Positions 36,518 through 41,166 of a stretch of 41,166 bases of DNA are shown piece after piece. The stretch's first letter is position 1, and each line of letters begins with the position of its first letter. The stretch spans positions 1-41,166 of IMG/VR virus record IMGVR_UViG_3300044580_000569. One strand, 5' to 3'. The DNA comes from a virus. Its lineage: Duplodnaviria; Caudoviricetes. Below the pieces are notes generated by a model. That model was not told the DNA's origin, made no database searches, and saw only the letters and a list, made by a program, of their open reading frames with translations. The position numbers and the translations under genes are program-made.

Positions 36518-36766
36518 TTAGTTTTCTTTTGATTTCTTGATGTATCTACCTGTTTTAGGGTCTCTCTCTTTTTGAAGTCGTTTTTCGAGGTGGAGGATGA
36601 TCTCTCCCTGATTTATGAGCTTGGCTTCAATCTTTTTGTTGATTTCCTGTAAAATTTCAGTCTTATTTTTCTCGGCGTGATACTTGTCTACGAGGCTCTT
36701 TTTTTCTTCCTCGAGCTGTTTGATTTTTTCGTTCAGCTTGCTTGCTGTTCTAAATAGGTGTAACAT
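36518..36766 (-). CDS. Hypothetical coiled-coil protein (RD.KTGRY motif)
   Basis: 82 aa, tiles in operon. Confidence 0.65.
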   Translation of the reverse strand: MLHLFRTASKLNEKIKQLEEEKKSLVDKYHAEKNKTEILQEINKKIEAKLINQGEIILHLEKRLQKERDPKTGRYIKKSKEN

Positions 36767-36770
36767 GGTT

Positions 36771-37049
36771 CTAATTTTTTAAAATGTTGATTACTTGTTT
36801 TTTGTTGATTATTATCTGTCGGCCTACCTGAGTGATTGCTTTGTCAATCCTTCCGCTTGACTTGAGCTTCTGGGCTGTGGTTTTGCTACAGTTCAGAAAC
36901 TCGGCCAGACCCGAGATTCCGTAGACGTATTCGTCTTGTGTTTCGACAGGCCTCTCCGACTTTGTTTCCTGCGCCTGAGCTTCCCGGATAAGGGATTTAA
37001 ACTCGGCTACTGTTAGTTGCCATATCGGTGTGGTGTCGCTGATGATCAT
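36771..37049 (-). CDS. DUF3853-family HTH, excisionase-like
   Basis: WQLTV.EF, YVYGI.GLA....CS..TA..LK.SGRID.AI.Q.GR.II. Confidence 0.85.
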   Translation of the reverse strand: MIISDTTPIWQLTVAEFKSLIREAQAQETKSERPVETQDEYVYGISGLAEFLNCSKTTAQKLKSSGRIDKAITQVGRQIIINKKQVINILKN

Positions 37050-37279
37050 AGTCCTTTGCTTTTCATTGTTTCTGCCGCTTCTGCTACTCTGGCCAGGTGT
37101 TCTTCGTACTTTGTGAGGCTTCCCACCTGTTCCATTTCCAGTCTCTCGATTACTTCTCCATTTCTGCTGGTTATCACTTTGAGGTTTTTGAAATCCACCA
37201 GCACCTTATAACCTGCGCTCATGTGGTGCGTCATGGTTTTCTCTGATGTTTCGTGTGTTGTTTGATACTCGTAGTTCAT
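37046..37279 (-). CDS. Hypothetical protein
   Basis: 77 aa from ATG 37279, coupled to next gene. Confidence 0.6.
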   Translation of the reverse strand: MNYEYQTTHETSEKTMTHHMSAGYKVLVDFKNLKVITSRNGEVIERLEMEQVGSLTKYEEHLARVAEAAETMKSKGL

Positions 37280-37289
37280 GGTTGCATTT

Positions 37290-37694
37290 TTAATTGTTTT
37301 GACCTTCTGAAATTTGTTGTTTAATCGCATACTTTGCAACTGTTGCTTTCACATGTCGCAGGTGCTTATTGCATTCTGTCAACAAATCTATGTACTCACC
37401 TCCGGATATTCCCTTTTTACTAAAGCTTATAAGGAGCCGTTTAATTTCAGCTGCCATCGTTTTGTTAGATTCTTCCAGCCCTTTTTTGTAAGATTCGTTT
37501 GACTGCTTCGGTGTCTTTGAAAAACAAGCAGTAAGCACTTCGTCTATGTTTTCCTGCTCACGCAGTTTCTGGGCTTTTCTCTCCCAGTATTCGTTTGCGT
37601 GGTTAGGGTTTTTCTGTCGGTACTTTCTCAGGCTTTCCCGGACGTACTCGTTTCTCAGCCTTCTTGCATCTTCGCTTAGTTTTTGTGTCGGCAT
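37290..37694 (-). CDS. Hypothetical protein, basic N-terminus
   Basis: 134 aa, R.YRQKNP.....YWERKA motif. Confidence 0.7.
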   Translation of the reverse strand: MPTQKLSEDARRLRNEYVRESLRKYRQKNPNHANEYWERKAQKLREQENIDEVLTACFSKTPKQSNESYKKGLEESNKTMAAEIKRLLISFSKKGISGGEYIDLLTECNKHLRHVKATVAKYAIKQQISEGQNN

Positions 37695-37698
37695 AATG

Positions 37699-37926
37699 TT
37701 AATTTGTTCTTGTTACCAATATTGCATCCTTCATGCCTCTTTCAGAGGCCGAGTATCTCTCGCTACCTTCTTTGTGCAGCCGGGAGATTGTACTTCTTAC
37801 CGTTGACGGTTTAACTTGCCTGTTCAGGAATTTAACCGACTGGTTATTATCCAGTTTCCTGATGCTTCCGATGATTTCCGTTCTCTCTGAGATAATCGGT
37901 TTTTTTTGTGTTCGTTTTTTTGTCAT
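37699..37926 (-). CDS. Small basic DNA-binding protein in Cro position
   Basis: 75 aa, first gene divergent from repressor. Confidence 0.6.
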   Translation of the reverse strand: MTKKRTQKKPIISERTEIIGSIRKLDNNQSVKFLNRQVKPSTVRSTISRLHKEGSERYSASERGMKDAILVTRTN

Positions 37927-37949
37927 GTCGTTGATAGTTATTAACTTTG
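37919..37949 (+). promoter_or_regulatory. Rightward (repressor) promoter
   Basis: TTTG-N19-TAACTTTG. Confidence 0.6.
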
Positions 37950-37997
37950 TTGATTAATATGTTTGTTGTTTTGTGTATTGTTCTGTTTATAACTATG

Positions 37998-38028
37998 CAA
38001 ATGTAAACATTTTGTTTGTTACAGCAAA
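37998..38028 (-). promoter_or_regulatory. Leftward early lytic promoter
   Basis: TTTG-N19-TACATTTG, overlapped by AAAC-N5-GTTT repeats. Confidence 0.7.
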
Positions 38029-38081
38029 CTATTTGTTTGGTTATTGTAGTTAATTATTGTTAAATTAAAATCATTGTAATT

Positions 38082-38456
38082 ATGTATCAGCGTATCAATA
38101 CTGTTTTTGACTTCTTAAAGGAATCAAAGAAAATCCGCAATCAGCAGGATTTTGTAGAACGCGTTGGTTCTGATAAGTCTACAGTGTCTCAAATCTTAAA
38201 TGGCAAAAGGGCAATCACCAAACAATTTGTTTTATCTGTTTGCAAAGCATTTCCTTTTTTGTCTGAAGAATGGATTATAAATGGGACAGGGTCAATGCTG
38301 TTAGATGAGTCATCCAGCGATAAAAATGACAACTTGAATTCAAATAATAATGAAAAGTATAGCTTATTGTATAATGAGACTCTACTTCGTATAATAGAGT
38401 CTCAGCAAAAAACAATTGAAAAATTAACTGATTTGGTTATAAATTTCAAGCATTAA
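38082..38456 (+). CDS. XRE-family HTH repressor (no S24 peptidase domain)
   Basis: NQQDF..RVG..KSTVSQILNGKR..T...WIINGTGSM. Confidence 0.88.
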   Translation: MYQRINTVFDFLKESKKIRNQQDFVERVGSDKSTVSQILNGKRAITKQFVLSVCKAFPFLSEEWIINGTGSMLLDESSSDKNDNLNSNNNEKYSLLYNETLLRIIESQQKTIEKLTDLVINFKH

Positions 38457-38490
38457 ACTATAAATTAATAAACTAATAAAAAATATAGCT

Positions 38491-39555
38491 ATGGATTTTA
38501 AAGACTCAATTAAACAAATTGCGGAGCGGGTGGAAAAATTAAAAGACAACCTCCCGACAGAAGAAGCTACAAAGAATGCTTTAATTATGCCATTTATTCA
38601 GGTTCTTGGTTATGATGTGTTTAATCCTTTAGAAGTGCTCCCTGAAATGAACTGTGATATAGGGATGAAAAAAGGAGAAAAAATTGATTATGCAATTTTG
38701 AAGGATGGAAATCCTATCATGTTAATTGAATGTAAACACTGGGCACAAGATTTGAATTTACACGACAATCAATTATTGCGATATTTTCATGTTTCAAAGG
38801 CAAAGTTTGGGCTTCTCACAAATGGCATCATTTTTAAATTTTATACCGACCTTGAGACTTCCAATAAAATGGATGAAAAACCATTTTTAGAAATTAATCT
38901 ACTTGATCTTAAAGATGCGCAAATCGAAGAACTAAAGAAGTTTCATAAATCGTATTTTGATGTTGATATCATTTTGAGTTCTGCAAGTGAATTGAAATAT
39001 ACAAGTGAATTGAAATCAATTATTGCTAAAGAATTCGCAAATCCATCACCAGATTTTGTTCGTTATTTTGGAAAACAAATTTATGATGGGACATTCACTG
39101 CAAAGGTGTTAGAACAATTCACCTCTTTGGTTAAGCGGTCTATTGCTTCGTCTATAAATGATATGATTTCTGATAGATTGAAAGCCGCAATTAAAGAACA
39201 GGACGACCAGCATGAACAATCTGATGCTTTTGCACAGAGCACTCCTGATTCGCGTGAAGATAAAGTCGTTACTACGGATGACGAGATCGAGGCTTTTTAT
39301 ATTGTTAAATCAATTCTTAGAAATGTAATTTCTGCAGAAAGAATAACCTACCGAGATGCTCAAACTTATTTTGCTATATTTATTGATAATAACAATAGAA
39401 AAACCGTTTGTAGGCTATATTTAAATTCAGAATCAAACAAACGCATTACTTTCATTGATGAATCAAAGAAAGAAGTTCACAATAAAATATCATCAATTGA
39501 TGATATTTATAAATTTTCAGATCAATTGATAAATGTTGTTCAAAAATACGTATAA
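38491..39555 (+). CDS. HsdR N-terminal-like PD-(D/E)xK nuclease protein
   Basis: TEEATK.ALIMPF...LGYDVFNP.EV, KIDYAI, IECK, QL.RYF, LTNG. Confidence 0.88.
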   Translation: MDFKDSIKQIAERVEKLKDNLPTEEATKNALIMPFIQVLGYDVFNPLEVLPEMNCDIGMKKGEKIDYAILKDGNPIMLIECKHWAQDLNLHDNQLLRYFHVSKAKFGLLTNGIIFKFYTDLETSNKMDEKPFLEINLLDLKDAQIEELKKFHKSYFDVDIILSSASELKYTSELKSIIAKEFANPSPDFVRYFGKQIYDGTFTAKVLEQFTSLVKRSIASSINDMISDRLKAAIKEQDDQHEQSDAFAQSTPDSREDKVVTTDDEIEAFYIVKSILRNVISAERITYRDAQTYFAIFIDNNNRKTVCRLYLNSESNKRITFIDESKKEVHNKISSIDDIYKFSDQLINVVQKYV

Positions 39556-39562
39556 TTAAACC

Positions 39563-39841
39563 ATGCAATCATCAGATTCTCAAAAAATAGTTGAGCGTTT
39601 CTTCGAGGTAATTTATGACCTGAAGGCTCGCCGGGTTATTCGTGGAAAACAAACCTTTACACGGGCATATGGTATTGATCGTTGGAATTTCAACAAGGTT
39701 GAGGCTGACAAGTCTCGGGATATCTTCCAGATTTCATGGTTGGCTTACCTTGTCAATGATTTTGGTGTTTCGTCAGAGTGGCTGATGACCGGCCGTGGTG
39801 ATATGTATATCTCGGTTCCTCAACCTGCAAAGAAAAGATGA
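39563..39841 (+). CDS. Small HTH/XRE-like protein
   Basis: 92 aa, FGVSSEWLMTGRG.M motif, coupled to integrase. Confidence 0.7.
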   Translation: MQSSDSQKIVERFFEVIYDLKARRVIRGKQTFTRAYGIDRWNFNKVEADKSRDIFQISWLAYLVNDFGVSSEWLMTGRGDMYISVPQPAKKR

Positions 39842-41166
39842 AATTTTCCTATCAGTTCCTTCTTGATTCCGAATCTGGCCGGGATGACTTAAAGTTGCGG
39901 CTCCGCGTGAGGTGGTCTGGACGCGTTGTTTCATTTGGTGTCGGTTATCGCGTCGATGCTTCGAAATGGAGCCGGGAGACACAGCGTTGCAAAAATTCGA
40001 CAACTCATGGGAATCGTAAAATTTCGGCATCGGTGATAAACCGGAAAATTCAGGAGCTGGAGTCTGTTGTGGTTGATTTGTTCTCTGGCTATCAAACTCG
40101 GGATGTAGTTCCTTCTGTAGACCAGTTCCGTTCTGATTTCAATAAAGCAATCGGCAAGGCTCCGGCCGTTGTTCCTATATCGATTTTTGCCGCTTTTGAT
40201 GAGTTCGTGAATACCTCCGGGCAGCTCAACTCCTGGAGTCATTCGATGCATCAGAAGTTTGGAACTTTCCGCGCTCATCTCTTTGCTTTTGCTCCCGGGT
40301 TGACTTTTGGTTTGTTGACAGATTCTGTCTTGACAGATTTTGTCAACTATCTAAACCGGTGCGGTCTTCGCAATATCTCAATCGACAAAAATTTAAAAAT
40401 GTTTCGCTGGTTCCTTCGCTGGGCTTTCCAGCGTGGATATTACTCCGGCCGGTTGCATGAAACTTTCAGGCCTCGGTTGAAGGGTGCGGATGGCAATAAA
40501 GAAGTTATTCATCTCTCCTGGGATGAGCTTCTCATGTTCCTTGATTTTGATTTTTATGGTAATGTTGGCACACCAGAAGAACCGGAATTCCTTAATAAGG
40601 AAAAAGCGCAGGCTTTGGATCGGGTTCGTGATGTGTTTTGCTTCTGTTGCTTCACCGGATTGCGATACTCTGACGCTGCAAAGCTGACGCGTGACGATGT
40701 CCGGGACGGCTCGCTGCATGTGGTTACTCAAAAGACGGCCGATGCTCTTAAAATCGAATTAAACGAGTTTTCTGCGTCCATTCTTAAAAAGTGGGAGCCG
40801 GTCAGCTTTCCTTCTCGTCGGGTGCTTCCTGTTATATCAAATCAAAAAATGAACGACCAGCTCAAAATTGCCGCGCGTGTCGCAGGTCTCGATTCTCCGC
40901 AGAGGGTCATCTATTTTAAAGGGAGCAGCCGGTTTGAGGAGGTGTTTCCGCTTCATGATGTCATCAGCACTCATGCTGGCCGTCGCACCTTTATTGTCAA
41001 TGCGCTGTATCTTGGGATTCCTTCGGAGGTGATCATGCGCTGGACTGGCCATAAAAATTTTGCTTCAATGAAACCGTATGTCAAAATAGTAGATGATTTA
41101 AAGGCTCGGGAAATGTCAAAGTTTCGCCGGGATGCCTTGTCCCCTGGGGACGATTCTGGGGACTAA
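39838..41166 (+). CDS. int: Tyrosine integrase (arm-binding, SAM-like and catalytic domains)
   Basis: TGLRYSD, QKT, HAGRRTF, GH......PY catalytic residues. Confidence 0.95.
   Translation: MKFSYQFLLDSESGRDDLKLRLRVRWSGRVVSFGVGYRVDASKWSRETQRCKNSTTHGNRKISASVINRKIQELESVVVDLFSGYQTRDVVPSVDQFRSDFNKAIGKAPAVVPISIFAAFDEFVNTSGQLNSWSHSMHQKFGTFRAHLFAFAPGLTFGLLTDSVLTDFVNYLNRCGLRNISIDKNLKMFRWFLRWAFQRGYYSGRLHETFRPRLKGADGNKEVIHLSWDELLMFLDFDFYGNVGTPEEPEFLNKEKAQALDRVRDVFCFCCFTGLRYSDAAKLTRDDVRDGSLHVVTQKTADALKIELNEFSASILKKWEPVSFPSRRVLPVISNQKMNDQLKIAARVAGLDSPQRVIYFKGSSRFEEVFPLHDVISTHAGRRTFIVNALYLGIPSEVIMRWTGHKNFASMKPYVKIVDDLKAREMSKFRRDALSPGDDSGD

Larger units (their letters stand above)
1..41166. mobile_element. 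Temperate siphovirus-type prophage/phage of Bacteroidota (partial; tail tip and lysis end outside window)
   Basis: Continuous integrase-repressor-replication-packaging-head-tail gene order, no host housekeeping genes, long tape measure and no sheath gene. Confidence 0.95.

Noticed and set aside
21785-39555. Methyltransferase plus HsdR-N gene as a type I RM system
   Set aside because: About 15 kb apart in different operons. The methyltransferase is beta class, and there is no HsdS or motor domain
1-41166. Diversity-generating retroelement or invertible tail-fibre cassette
   Set aside because: No reverse transcriptase, invertase or template/variable repeat pair seen. The tail-fibre region is outside the window

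Overview
The whole window is most of a temperate siphovirus-type prophage/phage of a Bacteroidota host, judged from TAnnTTTG promoter boxes and PcfJ/PcfK, DUF3853 and Bacteroides-type integrase genes. From right to left it holds four modules. (1) A + strand lysogeny module: XRE repressor, HsdR-N-like nuclease, small HTH, tyrosine integrase ending at the last base. (2) A - strand early/replication region: Rad50-like ATPase, RecT, MBL hydrolase, initiator with internal iterons, SSB, MazG-like, PcfK/PcfJ, RuvC-like. (3) Packaging and head genes: PLD-family protein, ParB-methyltransferase, TerS, TerL, portal, extended MuF, scaffold, decoration, capsid. (4) Neck and tail genes, cut by the left edge. 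Lysis genes are not in the window. Most notable: a MuF minor head protein fused to a ParB-like and a GNAT-like domain; an initiator-type tRNA(CAT) with an altered anticodon arm inside the tail operon; a palindrome repeated at four leftward promoters, at identical spacing in three; an opposite-strand island of nine small genes sharing a promoter motif with the PcfK/AcrIIA9-like gene; and a kissing-loop RNA leader before the replication initiator. All family calls come from motif recognition and gene order, not database searches.
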